A stretch of DNA of 64,000 bases, taken from assembly GCA_963677925.2 (NCBI GenBank), contig CAXXYH010000004.1:1216001-1280000 (forward strand), read 5' to 3'. A model generated the notes under the pieces. That model searched no databases. It had not been told where the DNA came from and saw only the letters and a list, made by a program, of their open reading frames with translations. Made by a program: the position numbers and the translations under genes. Positions 20,036 through 29,561 of the stretch are shown one piece after another. The stretch's first letter is position 1. Each line of letters begins with the position of its first letter. Source of the DNA: Spirochaetia bacterium (GTDB taxonomy: Bacteria; Spirochaetota; Spirochaetia; UBA9216).

Positions 20036-20497
20036 TTGGCTGAAATTAAAACAGTCAGTGATTATATTGATAGCACCCCCGAACCGCGAAGGGGTCTGCT
20101 GATACAGATAGCCGATTCTGTACGGCAGGGCATTCCTTCCGGATTTGAAGAATGTCTTTCTTACAAAATGATAGGCTGGGTAGTTCCGCTTTCCCTCTAT
20201 CCGAAGGGTTATCACACCGGCAAAGGGCTTCCCCTGCCGTTTATCAACCTTGCAGCTCAGAGCAGCTACTTTGCCCTGTATCATTCAGGAATCTACGCAG
20301 ATAAACAGCTTTTTAACTGGTTTACCGGAGAATACGAATCTCTCGGCTACAGGCATAAAATAAATATGGGGAAGAGCTGTATCCGTTTTAAATATCCTGA
20401 TGAAATTCCTTTTAAACTTATCGAAGAATTGAGTTCAAAGATTACTGCTGAACAGTGGATTAATATCTACGAAAAAACAATGAATAACAGGAGATAG
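20036..20497 (+). CDS. DUF1801 domain protein (second paralogue)
   Basis: TVSDYI...GFEECLSYKMIGWVVPLSLYPKGYH...LPFINLAAQ...MGKSCIRFK. TTG 20036 after GGGAG is preferred over 20003. Confidence 0.8.
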   Translation: MAEIKTVSDYIDSTPEPRRGLLIQIADSVRQGIPSGFEECLSYKMIGWVVPLSLYPKGYHTGKGLPLPFINLAAQSSYFALYHSGIYADKQLFNWFTGEYESLGYRHKINMGKSCIRFKYPDEIPFKLIEELSSKITAEQWINIYEKTMNNRR

Positions 20498-20504
20498 AAT
20501 AATC

Positions 20505-20840
20505 ATGGATGAATTATTTATTCTGTGGACGAATGCCGATGAGATGGCGTTCGAAAAAATGGTCTGCATGTATTCAAAAAACGCACTGCTTAAGGGCTGG
20601 TGGGATAAGGTTACAGTTATAATATGGGGAAGTACCGCAAAGCTGACCTCAGAATCGCCCGCAGTACAGGAGCAGGTCAGGCTTCTGCTTGAGGGCGGCG
20701 TACATGTATCAGCCTGCCGTTCCTGCGCGGATCAGCTTGGGGTAACAGAGATTCTTGAAGGCCTGGGTGTCGAGGTTATCTACTGGGGACAGCCGCTGAC
20801 CGGAATTCTGAAGGGCAATCAGAAACTTTTGACAGTCTGA
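20505..20840 (+). CDS. DsrE family protein
   Basis: ILWTN...WWDKVTVIIWG...ACRSCADQLGV. Confidence 0.8.
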   Translation: MDELFILWTNADEMAFEKMVCMYSKNALLKGWWDKVTVIIWGSTAKLTSESPAVQEQVRLLLEGGVHVSACRSCADQLGVTEILEGLGVEVIYWGQPLTGILKGNQKLLTV

Positions 20841-20897
20841 GTTTTCATATAAATTGACCCTGTGGAATATTCATAGTATTCTGTTTTGGGGGGAACT

Positions 20898-21686
20898 ATG
20901 CTGGGAGAAAAATTAATTGCTCTAAAACGGCCTGTAGCCGTAGGGATAATTTCAACCACAGCAATGACTGCTTCTCTTCTTCTCTGGGCATCAATTTCAT
21001 TCTTTATGGGACATGAACTCACATTCTACGGGATGGCTCTTGCTATTCTTATTCCGGGTTTCCTGTCTTCAATCAGCATGTGGTTTACAATAGGTCTGCT
21101 TCAGAAGATTAACCGGCTTAAAGAAGAGCTGGGATACCTTGCGACGTATGATTCACTTACAGGCCTGTATAACCGGGGCGCATTTTTAAGGGTCGCCGAA
21201 AGTCTGTACAACTCCGCTTCCAGGAATCTCAGAAAGCTTGCTGTAGTTTACATTGATATTGATGATTTTAAAAAGATTAACGACAATTTCGGGCATGCCG
21301 CCGGAGATCTAGTCCTGCAGGAATTCGGAGAGATGCTCAACCAGCGCCTGCGAAAGAGCGATGTTGCAGGAAGGGTCGGCGGTGAGGAATTTGTCCTTCT
21401 GCTTGATGAGACGGATCTTAAGGGAGCACTTAAGATAGCTGAAGAACTCCGGGTCATAAGTCACCGTAAAATCATCGAATACCGGGCAAAGGAAATAAGA
21501 TTCACAGTCAGTATAGGCATTACTGTTTTGTCGGAATCAAATAATTCCGGTTTTGAAGATCTTTGTAATCAGGCTGATGACGCCCTCTATGATGCAAAAA
21601 ACTGCGGTAAAAACAGAATTACAAGCTACGATATCATGCAGATTAGAAAAGAGCAGGAAGCCGGCTGTCAGCCAGTTCCCTGCTGA
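20898..21686 (+). CDS. Membrane-anchored diguanylate cyclase
   Basis: Two TM helices, YDSLTGLYNR, DIDDFKKINDNFGHAAGD, RKSD I-site, GGEEF. Confidence 0.9.
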   Translation: MLGEKLIALKRPVAVGIISTTAMTASLLLWASISFFMGHELTFYGMALAILIPGFLSSISMWFTIGLLQKINRLKEELGYLATYDSLTGLYNRGAFLRVAESLYNSASRNLRKLAVVYIDIDDFKKINDNFGHAAGDLVLQEFGEMLNQRLRKSDVAGRVGGEEFVLLLDETDLKGALKIAEELRVISHRKIIEYRAKEIRFTVSIGITVLSESNNSGFEDLCNQADDALYDAKNCGKNRITSYDIMQIRKEQEAGCQPVPC

Positions 21687-21691
21687 CAGCT

Positions 21692-22465
21692 TCAGTCCTT
21701 ATGTTTATTCTCAGAATAGTAAACTTTTATAGCCCTGCTCATAAACTCAGCCAGACCATCTGCGGTTTTATCGATATTCTTTTTAAATCTTTCATCGGCG
21801 GTGTATATATCTCCAAGTCCGCTTAGAATCTCGATGCTGCAGTCATAATAGCTGTCTGTGATATGCTGCTGCCATTTTTTCACAGTTGCCTGAACCTCGG
21901 TAATGTCAGGGGCCAGACTCATAAGTTCACTCATTTCTCTGAGTATCGTATTTCCTTTTGTCATAATGTCTTTCCAGTCTTTATCAGAATATCCGGCTGT
22001 TTTTCTGCCGCTCTGCAGGTATGCACTGGTACTGCCGTATTTTTCTTTTACTTCGTCGGAGTATTTTCTCCGGTGCTCTTCAATGTCTTTTATGCTGAAA
22101 GCCTCAAATCTGTCTTTGCCGTTCATAGTTTCTCCTTCTGATTCAAGTGATATTGTCTGCTCAATGTTTTTGATGATGCCGGCCAGCCTCTTCATCTTCA
22201 TCTCAAGGAGCTTTTTCTGCATTTTCAGGATTTCCATTCTTTCCGAACCGTCAGAGTTGAGTATTTCGGCAATCTCGGACAGCGGAAAATCAAGTTCCCT
22301 GAAAAACAGAATCTGCTGCAGTTTAGCTAAATCAGAATCTGAATAAAGCCTGTATCCATTTTCTGTGTAGCTGGAGGGCTTCAGCAGCCCTGTATAATCA
22401 TAATGATGAAGTGTCCGTACGCTTACTCCGGATAATACAGCTGCCTCTTTTGTTTTTAGACTCAT
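21692..22465 (-). CDS. MerR family regulator with TipAS domain (TipA/Mta-like)
   Basis: SGVSVRTLHHYD..GLLKP...GYRLY...LQQILFFRELDFPL, C-terminal EVKEKYG...GLGDIY..DERF; ATG 22465 after AGGAG. Confidence 0.92.
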   Translation of the reverse strand: MSLKTKEAAVLSGVSVRTLHHYDYTGLLKPSSYTENGYRLYSDSDLAKLQQILFFRELDFPLSEIAEILNSDGSERMEILKMQKKLLEMKMKRLAGIIKNIEQTISLESEGETMNGKDRFEAFSIKDIEEHRRKYSDEVKEKYGSTSAYLQSGRKTAGYSDKDWKDIMTKGNTILREMSELMSLAPDITEVQATVKKWQQHITDSYYDCSIEILSGLGDIYTADERFKKNIDKTADGLAEFMSRAIKVYYSENKHKD

Positions 22466-22482
22466 TCTTCGCTCCTGAAAAA

Positions 22483-22513
22483 ATAATAAACTATCACCTA
22501 ACGTTATAGTCAA
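22483..22513 (-). promoter_or_regulatory. MerR-type promoter with 19-bp spacer and internal dyad
   Basis: Minus strand TTGACT, 19 bp, TATTAT; dyad ACTATAAC-GTTAG-GTGATAGT. Confidence 0.8.
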
Positions 22514-22566
22514 CTTTAAATTATTATTTCTTATGATTTTTATCTTTTATCATTATACTTATAGAT

Positions 22567-24162
22567 ATGGATAATGTTTCCGAAATGCGACAGAAGCAGG
22601 GACGGCCGAAAATTCTTTTAATACTGGCAACAGCCTGTATTGCAATACTGGTTTCTGTAATTGCTGCTGCCAATTCCTTTTATACTGAATATAACCGCCA
22701 GAAGTGGATCGTTCTTGAAGATACTGAAAGGCTGTCACTTCTGTTTGAGCATGAGTTCAGTATCCGTACCCATACTATAAAAGCTCTCAGGAGGATGGCT
22801 GAAGATTATCTGAGCGGGAAGCAGCAGCTGTCAATTGATCTCAGGCCTTTCCTGCAGCCCGTTGAGGGAAAGAACGGCTTCACCCTGGACATTCCTCCAG
22901 GCTATAATTCAAAAACAATAGGAAATATTACCGGCCTCGATGTTTCAAAAATGACCGATCCGGATATTATTGCGGAAATGGATATGGCTTTGTCGTTAAC
23001 CTCTATATTCAGAACTGTGATTGAGCGGGATCCTGAAACTCCATGGATATACTACACCTCTGAAAACGGTTTTATGTATCTATTTCCGAGAGTAGGAACG
23101 GATGATTTTTTCTATTCAGAAAAGATCCAGACTATGGATTTCGTAACTTATGCAAAGCCGGAACACAATCCTGAACGAAGAGTAGTATGGACGCCTCTCT
23201 ATCTTGATGAAGCAGGCAAGGGGTATATGGTTACTCTCAGTACACCCGTTTATGCAGGCGACAGATATATGGGCGCTATCAGTCTTGATATAAGTGTCAG
23301 CAGGCTTAACTGGCTGATAAACCGCTATCATGTACCGCATTCAAAGGTTTTTCTGTTTGCTTCAGACGGCAAGCTTATAGTTAAAGAGGATGAACCGCCT
23401 TTTGTTCCCGATTTTTCTGCTTTGGATGAATCGAAGCTCTCATACGAGCAGGATAAAACTTTCCTTTCCTATACTAAACTCGAAGATCCGGACTGGTTTC
23501 TGGCAGTCTATGCTTCAAAAGGCGAAATGCTTCTGCAGTCTTTTCTGAAATCTCTGCCTTTTCTTTTAATTGCGGTTTTTCTGATTTTCAGCATTGTAAT
23601 CCTGAATCAGCTGTTCCGTGCATACCGGAGAGTTGAGACTCTGTCGACCGAGGACCCCCTTACCGGCTTATGGAACCGCAGGATCTTTGATCAGGTTCTG
23701 ACTGAAGAGCTCTCCCGGGCGGAACGTAAGCAGACGAAATTTGCCCTGATTTTTTTTGATGTTGACTGGTTTAAATTTCTCAATGACATGAACGGACATC
23801 AGGAGGGAGACAGAGTGCTCCGGGAAATATCCCAGTCTGTCCGATCGGTAATGCAGCGGAATACTGATAAGGTGTTCAGGGTCGGGGGTGAGGAATTCGC
23901 GGTAATAGTTCTCGCAGATACTGATGCCCAGCTGATGGAAATAATGGAAATGATCAGACATGCGGTGGCCGGAATGGGCATACCTCATCCCCGAGAAAAA
24001 AACAGCGTTGTTACTATTTCACTAGGAGGGGTTGTTGTAGACGGTGGCGGTGACCCGAGCTTTGATGAGGTATATACCCATGCAGACACAGCCCTTTATG
24101 CTGCTAAAGCTTCCGGAAAAAACTGCAGCCGGCTGTATTCCGGAGATGAAAAAAGAGATTAG
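22567..24162 (+). CDS. Cache-domain sensor diguanylate cyclase
   Basis: TM, periplasmic Cache (WTPLYLDEAGKGYMVTLSTPV), TM, GGDEF (DPLTGLWNRR, RNTD, GGEEF). Confidence 0.9.
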   Translation: MDNVSEMRQKQGRPKILLILATACIAILVSVIAAANSFYTEYNRQKWIVLEDTERLSLLFEHEFSIRTHTIKALRRMAEDYLSGKQQLSIDLRPFLQPVEGKNGFTLDIPPGYNSKTIGNITGLDVSKMTDPDIIAEMDMALSLTSIFRTVIERDPETPWIYYTSENGFMYLFPRVGTDDFFYSEKIQTMDFVTYAKPEHNPERRVVWTPLYLDEAGKGYMVTLSTPVYAGDRYMGAISLDISVSRLNWLINRYHVPHSKVFLFASDGKLIVKEDEPPFVPDFSALDESKLSYEQDKTFLSYTKLEDPDWFLAVYASKGEMLLQSFLKSLPFLLIAVFLIFSIVILNQLFRAYRRVETLSTEDPLTGLWNRRIFDQVLTEELSRAERKQTKFALIFFDVDWFKFLNDMNGHQEGDRVLREISQSVRSVMQRNTDKVFRVGGEEFAVIVLADTDAQLMEIMEMIRHAVAGMGIPHPREKNSVVTISLGGVVVDGGGDPSFDEVYTHADTALYAAKASGKNCSRLYSGDEKRD

Positions 24163-24242
24163 TTGCTCTCTGATATTATCATGTGGTAGAATAGCCTTAA
24201 TTTACAACCTGACGTACTCATGTAAAAAAGAGGAAACATCGA

Positions 24243-25007
24243 TTGGCGTTTTTTACATACCATAATAAGAAAATCTATTATTCCGAGTGCGGCAACGGAC
24301 CTCCGCTGCTGATAATTCACGGAAATTCTGTTTCTTCACGTATGCACAGCCCGATAGTTAAAAAACTCTCGGAAAATTTCAGGGTGATTTCCCCCGATCT
24401 GCCGGGGCACGGCCGCTCAGAAAAGCTTGAGAGCTGGCCTGTAGATTTCTGGTTTGAAAGTTCAAGGGCTCTTTATAATCTGATTCTTCAGCTTGAACTT
24501 CAGAAGGTGATTGTATCCGGCTACAGCGGAGGGGCTCTGATTGCTCTGAATCTTGCGCTTGAGCATCCAGATGCAATAAGCTGTGTAATAGCTGATTCTT
24601 TTGAAGGTGAAGTTTCAATTGAAGCGTATGTAGAAAACCTTGAAAATGAGAGGCGGACTGCAAGACGGAATATTCTAAACAGGTTTTTCTGGTTTCTTAT
24701 GCATGGAAAAAACTGGAATAATGTCATTACAAACGATACTGCTGTAACGCTTGAGCATCACCGCAAACTGCGCCGCTTTTTTCATAAGGATCTTTCGCAG
24801 CTTTCTATACCCGTTCTGTTCACCGGTTCTGCGGAAGATGAATATCTTCCTGATTTAAAGAATATCTATCTTGGTCTGAAAGAGAAAATACCACTCTGTG
24901 ATGTAAAGATGTTCAGAAACTGCCAGCATCCGTCAATGCTGACGGCCGGCATGGATTATCTTGCCTATATAAGCAATTATCTGGAACTTAAATCTCTGGT
25001 AAGTTAA
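24243..25007 (+). CDS. Alpha/beta fold hydrolase
   Basis: IIHGNS, PDLPGHGRS, GYSGG nucleophile elbow; TTG start. Confidence 0.85.
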   Translation: MAFFTYHNKKIYYSECGNGPPLLIIHGNSVSSRMHSPIVKKLSENFRVISPDLPGHGRSEKLESWPVDFWFESSRALYNLILQLELQKVIVSGYSGGALIALNLALEHPDAISCVIADSFEGEVSIEAYVENLENERRTARRNILNRFFWFLMHGKNWNNVITNDTAVTLEHHRKLRRFFHKDLSQLSIPVLFTGSAEDEYLPDLKNIYLGLKEKIPLCDVKMFRNCQHPSMLTAGMDYLAYISNYLELKSLVS

Positions 25008-25146
25008 TAAAATAATCAGGCAGGGTTGCCCGAATACTGAAAAATGCCTGATTTTTCAGTCGTCCCAAGCCGAAGACCTTTACATCTATGTCGAATAAGT
25101 CGCAATATTAGTACTGTAAATATAGCAGTTAACTAAGGCGGGAATT

Positions 25147-25434
25147 ATGTTAAAACACGTTGTCGTATGGAATGTAAAAGAACCGAAGGCTGAGAATATC
25201 GGTATACTTAAGGAAACTTTCCTTGAAATGAAGGGGAATATTCCGGCTGTACTTGATGTTACTGTAGGCGAGACAGTAGATTCTCCCTATTCCAGCAGGG
25301 ATTTTGTTCTGATGACAAGCCATGAAAATTATGAAAAACTTGAAGAATATCAGAAGCATCCATATCATCAGGGTGTACTTGCTAAGGTTGTACCTCTTCT
25401 TCAGGATAAGGCCAGCATCGATTTTATTGAATAA
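25147..25434 (+). CDS. Dabb family (stress-responsive A/B barrel) protein
   Basis: MLKHVVVW...YQKHPYH...SIDF. Confidence 0.85.
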   Translation: MLKHVVVWNVKEPKAENIGILKETFLEMKGNIPAVLDVTVGETVDSPYSSRDFVLMTSHENYEKLEEYQKHPYHQGVLAKVVPLLQDKASIDFIE

Positions 25435-25472
25435 TTGAAGAGCGGTGACAGTATTTTACGGCTGATGTGTTT

Positions 25473-25506
25473 AAAAAGCGGACTTAATATGGAGGTCCGC
25501 TTTTTT
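25473..25506 (+). terminator. Intrinsic terminator after the Dabb gene
   Basis: AAAAAGCGGAC-loop-GTCCGCTTTTTT. Confidence 0.7.
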
Positions 25507-25508
25507 GT

Positions 25509-26462
25509 ATGAAAACAAGGTATTATTTCATTCTTACAGGGATATTGATTATGTGCTCATGCAGCGGAATTCCTTCTGCCGGAACTCCTGGGCCTCCGCC
25601 TGAGGACGGAGGTGGTTTTTATACCGCATCCAGCGGAAACCTCATTTACAGTTATGAATATCTTCCATCCGGGACTGCCTGCGCAACTGTTTATGTTCTT
25701 TCAGGGATCACCGGAATAAATCATAATTCAGAAATGGACATCATAAGGCTTTTAAGCGGCGGTATTTACCGTGTTGTTGTAATTCATCCGACGGGCACAG
25801 GATATTCAGAGGGTCCCAGAGGCTCACTTACGGATTTTGATGTATTCCTGGATGATTATACTGAGGCCCTCGCCGCGGATCTGGAAAAGCAGAAGCCCGG
25901 TCACAGTACTTTTTTCTATGGTCACAGTATGTCCTGTGCTGTTGCCATGCTTTTGGCGCAGAGACTCCCGCAGGTAAGCGGCGTAATTCTTGTAAACCCT
26001 CCTCTGAAGATGAAGGAGTCAAAGGGCATGACCCCGTCTTTTATTGAATATATAAAATATGCAGCTTATATGATTTTTGCGCCGCACAGGCCTGTTGTAA
26101 ATATGGCCGGAGACCCCTCGCTTATAGAAAACCCGGAAGAGCGCCGCGAGGCCGTCGAGCGCGCTGAAGATCCGCTGCTTGTGAAATATTTCAGCATGTA
26201 CATGATGCTTCAGTCAAAAAAGATGATGGACTCAATGGCTGACCGGGCAGGGTATATTGATCTGCCGCTGCTGCTTGTTTATGGAAACGCTGACAGTATA
26301 GTTGAAAAGAGCGGCTGTCTGGAAATATTCAACAGGTGGAAATGCCCTGATAAAACATTTTTGACTGTACCCGGCGGGCCTCATGGTAAAATGACGGTAA
26401 TAATGGCTGAGACGGCTTTAGCTGATTGGCTTCAGAGCAGGATTTATGGAGAGAAAGGATGA
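25509..26462 (+). CDS. Alpha/beta hydrolase (lysophospholipase-like), probable lipoprotein
   Basis: Signal peptide ending CSC, GTGYSEGPRG, GHSMS elbow, GNADSIV, GPHG. Confidence 0.8.
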   Translation: MKTRYYFILTGILIMCSCSGIPSAGTPGPPPEDGGGFYTASSGNLIYSYEYLPSGTACATVYVLSGITGINHNSEMDIIRLLSGGIYRVVVIHPTGTGYSEGPRGSLTDFDVFLDDYTEALAADLEKQKPGHSTFFYGHSMSCAVAMLLAQRLPQVSGVILVNPPLKMKESKGMTPSFIEYIKYAAYMIFAPHRPVVNMAGDPSLIENPEERREAVERAEDPLLVKYFSMYMMLQSKKMMDSMADRAGYIDLPLLLVYGNADSIVEKSGCLEIFNRWKCPDKTFLTVPGGPHGKMTVIMAETALADWLQSRIYGEKG

Positions 26463-26863
26463 AGAAAAGAATAATTATAATTCCGGCAGTTATAATCGTA
26501 GTTGTAATGGCAGCAGTGATTGCAGGTAGAATAATGATAAGCTCAATGGAGAAGAATCTGGAGTATCTTGTTGCTCTGGATGTTCCAGAAGTTGATTTTT
26601 CACATATACCAGACGGCACCTACCATGGAAGTAAAAACGCTTTTCCCATAGTTGTTGAGGTTGAGGTTGTGGCAGAAAACGGCAGGGTTACAGATATTAA
26701 GCTGCTCAAGCACCAGAACGGGCAGGGCGGCGCTGCCGATGCTGTACCTGCTATGGTTGTGGAAAAACAGGGACTTGATATTGATGCAGTCTCCGGCGCC
26801 ACCTACAGCCGCAAGGTAATTCTTCTGACAATTGCAGAAACATTGATTGCCGCGGGGAATTGA
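26459..26863 (+). CDS. FMN-binding domain membrane protein
   Basis: N-terminal TM, PDGTYHG, flavinylation-type DAVSGATYS motif; ATGA overlap with the upstream gene. Confidence 0.87.
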   Translation: MKKRIIIIPAVIIVVVMAAVIAGRIMISSMEKNLEYLVALDVPEVDFSHIPDGTYHGSKNAFPIVVEVEVVAENGRVTDIKLLKHQNGQGGAADAVPAMVVEKQGLDIDAVSGATYSRKVILLTIAETLIAAGN

Positions 26864-26881
26864 TTACAATATATTTTATAT

Positions 26882-27328
26882 ATGGCTGTTTTTACTAAGG
26901 ATAAAGATTACGGTTTGAAGGGCCGGATGTCCACCATTAAAATTGATGCCGATATAAGATCTGCAGTTGCTGAAAGCGGAATAGCTGAGGGCTATGTAAT
27001 GGTTTTTGTTGCAGGCTGTGTCGCTGCCCTCATTGTAACCGAGGATGAGCCGGGGATTCTGAACCACGATCTGCAGTATATGTTTGATTCTGCCATGAAT
27101 ATGCCGTACGGCGAAGGGTTCGCTGACGGGACCCCCTACCGTCATCATGAAACCTGGCATGATGATAACGGCTCAAGCCACCTTCGTTCGCTTCTGCTCC
27201 AGCATTCACTGACGATTCCTGTTCTGAACGGCGAAGTGCTGCTTGGACCATGGCAGAATGTTTTTCTCGTTGAATGTGATACAGGACCCCGAACCAGAAA
27301 GCTGTGGTACCAGGTCCAGGGAGAATAG
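26882..27328 (+). CDS. YjbQ/UPF0047 family protein
   Basis: YRHHETWHDDNGSSHLRS, LLGPWQNVFLVECD. Confidence 0.87.
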   Translation: MAVFTKDKDYGLKGRMSTIKIDADIRSAVAESGIAEGYVMVFVAGCVAALIVTEDEPGILNHDLQYMFDSAMNMPYGEGFADGTPYRHHETWHDDNGSSHLRSLLLQHSLTIPVLNGEVLLGPWQNVFLVECDTGPRTRKLWYQVQGE

Positions 27329-27330
27329 AT

Positions 27331-27903
27331 ATGGCGCATAAGATTAATTCCAAAGCATTTCATAAGCTCGATAATGAAGATCGGCGTAAAAAACTTCCGC
27401 CGGAACTGATTCTTGAAAAGATCGGTTTAAAGTCCGGTGATACCATGATTGATGTGGGTGCCGGTATAGGTTATTTTTCGATACCGGCTGCAGCACTTGC
27501 CGGTGATTCCGGAAGGGTAATTGCTGCAGATATCGCACAGGATATGCTTGATGAGCTGGCCAGAAGAGCAGACGGACACAGGGGGAATCTGAAAATAGTG
27601 ATGTCTTCAGAGGATAATGTTCCTGTGGAAAGCCACTGTGCTGATCTTGTTTTTATATCCTTTGTGTTCCATGAGTTTGAAAACCCGGAGAGCTGGATTC
27701 GGGAAATAGCAAGGCTTTTAAAGCCCGGCGGGCGGGCGGCAGTTATGGAGTTCCAGAAAAAAGAAACTGCTGAAGGTCCTCCTGTTGAACACAGGGTAAG
27801 CTCCGAGGCGCTCACTGCCTATTTTAATTCGGGAGGTTTCAGCAAAACTTCATATGAAGAGTTTTCTGATACCTACTACCTGTCAGTCTTTGTTAAAAAC
27901 TGA
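27331..27903 (+). CDS. Class I SAM-dependent methyltransferase
   Basis: IDVGAGIGYF motif I, AADI, RLLKPGG, GPPVEHR. Confidence 0.88.
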   Translation: MAHKINSKAFHKLDNEDRRKKLPPELILEKIGLKSGDTMIDVGAGIGYFSIPAAALAGDSGRVIAADIAQDMLDELARRADGHRGNLKIVMSSEDNVPVESHCADLVFISFVFHEFENPESWIREIARLLKPGGRAAVMEFQKKETAEGPPVEHRVSSEALTAYFNSGGFSKTSYEEFSDTYYLSVFVKN

Positions 27904-27946
27904 CAGGCTGCAAGGCGGCAGGGGGCTGTTCCTGCCGCGGAAAAGC

Positions 27947-29545
27947 TTATTTCAGATTATCAACTGCAGCCTGTTCAATAAGCAGGCCTGCTGTGTAGCG
28001 TTCAAAGAACTCATTAAAGCCCGCCACATCTTCCGGATCCGGGCTGACCGCCGTACTGCTGTTGCCTGCGAAAATCTTCTCAAGAAAATCTGAAAGGCTG
28101 CTGCTGTTCTCTTTCTGCTTGAGGTAGGCCGCCAGAAGCGCTATGCCCCAGGCACCGCCTTCCCCGGCTGTTTTAAGCACTGAAACAGGAGTTCCGCATG
28201 CTGCGGCCATGATTCTTTCCCCGACGCCCTCAGTTTTGAAGAAGCCGCCGTGCCCTTTAATTTCACTTACAGTCACGTTCTCTTCGTTGAAAAGTATGTT
28301 AAGTCCTGTCCTGAGTGCACACAGCGATGTAAAAAGCTGGGCCCGGACAAAGTTTGCTACTGTAAATTTACTGTCCGGATTCCGCACGAAAAGCGGCCGG
28401 CCCTCAGAAAAGCCTGTTACATGTTCGCCTGAGTGATAGCCGTAGGCAAGCAGGCCGCCGCAGTCCCGGTCTCCGGTCAGTGCAAGCTTCATCATGGTGT
28501 CATAGAGTTTTCCTCCGTCAACATCGGCACCGAGTATGCCGGCTGCTTCACCAAGGAAGTCTATCCAGGCGCTGTATTCAGTACTGCAGTTGTTTGAGTG
28601 AGCCATTGCCACAAGGTCTCCGGAAGGGGTTGTGATCAGGTCAAGTTCATGGTGCAGTTTTGCGAGGTCCTTCTCAAGAACAATCATTGCAAATACAGAG
28701 GTTCCTGCCGATACGTTTCCGGTTCTGGCTTTAACGCTGTTTGTTGCAACCATTCCGGTTCCTGCGTCCCCCTCAGGCGGGCAGAGGGGGATTCCTGCCT
28801 GAAGATCTCCCGAAGGATCAAGTATTGCAGCCCCTTCGCCGGTCAGCATTCCCGCGTCGGCTCCTGCGGGAAGAACCTCGGGAAGAATTCCGCCGAGCAT
28901 CCAGCCGAACCCCCTGTCTGAAAGCTTAGAGTCGAAAGCTGCAATCATTGAAGCGTTGAAATTGCATTCTGCAGTATCAATCGGAAACATTCCTGAAGCG
29001 TCGCCTACGCCGAGAACTCTTTTTCCTGTCAGCTGTTCATGCACCCAGCCGGCAAGAGTGTTTAAGGAGTTAATTTCCGGAAGATGCGCCTCTCCGTTCA
29101 ATACGGCCTGGTAAAGGTGGGCAATACTCCATCTCTGGGGAATCGGGTACTGAAAAAGTTCGGTCAGTTCTTCTGAGGCCTGCTGTGTGATATTATTTCT
29201 CCATGTTCTGAAAGGAACCAGGAGTTTATTGTTTTTATCAAGTGCAATGTAGCCGTGCATCATGGCGCTAATGCCCATTGCCGCTGCAGATTTAAGTACG
29301 GTTCCGTATTGTTCTTTTACATCCCGTTTTAAGTCTGCGTAACATGACTGAAGGCCGCTGATTACCTCCTCCAGAGGGTAGGACCATATTCCGTCTGTAA
29401 GTGAGTTTTCCCAGCCGTGAGCTCCGGCTGCAAGAGGAGTCCCGTCTTCTGAAATGAGTACGGCCTTGATTCGGGTAGAGCCGAGTTCTATACCAAGGAA
29501 GGCTCTGCCTTCACTGATCAGCTTTGTAATTTCGGAATTATTCAT
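27947..29545 (-). CDS. FGGY-family sugar kinase, AraK-type L-ribulokinase
   Basis: LGIELGSTRIKAV, GISAMMHGY, PFRTWRN, PQRWSIAHLYQA, CPPEGDAGTGMVATN, EGGAWG. Sits in a locus with araA and araD. ATG 29545 after GGGAGG. Confidence 0.85.
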   Translation of the reverse strand: MNNSEITKLISEGRAFLGIELGSTRIKAVLISEDGTPLAAGAHGWENSLTDGIWSYPLEEVISGLQSCYADLKRDVKEQYGTVLKSAAAMGISAMMHGYIALDKNNKLLVPFRTWRNNITQQASEELTELFQYPIPQRWSIAHLYQAVLNGEAHLPEINSLNTLAGWVHEQLTGKRVLGVGDASGMFPIDTAECNFNASMIAAFDSKLSDRGFGWMLGGILPEVLPAGADAGMLTGEGAAILDPSGDLQAGIPLCPPEGDAGTGMVATNSVKARTGNVSAGTSVFAMIVLEKDLAKLHHELDLITTPSGDLVAMAHSNNCSTEYSAWIDFLGEAAGILGADVDGGKLYDTMMKLALTGDRDCGGLLAYGYHSGEHVTGFSEGRPLFVRNPDSKFTVANFVRAQLFTSLCALRTGLNILFNEENVTVSEIKGHGGFFKTEGVGERIMAAACGTPVSVLKTAGEGGAWGIALLAAYLKQKENSSSLSDFLEKIFAGNSSTAVSPDPEDVAGFNEFFERYTAGLLIEQAAVDNLK

Positions 29546-29561
29546 TATTTCCTCCCTAATA

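Noticed and set aside
12867-27903. Long run of small, mostly co-oriented accessory-type genes as a possible integron cassette array
   Set aside because: Genes overlap or abut with very short, non-repeating spacers; I found no attC-like repeats and no integrase, and pyk sits in the middle.
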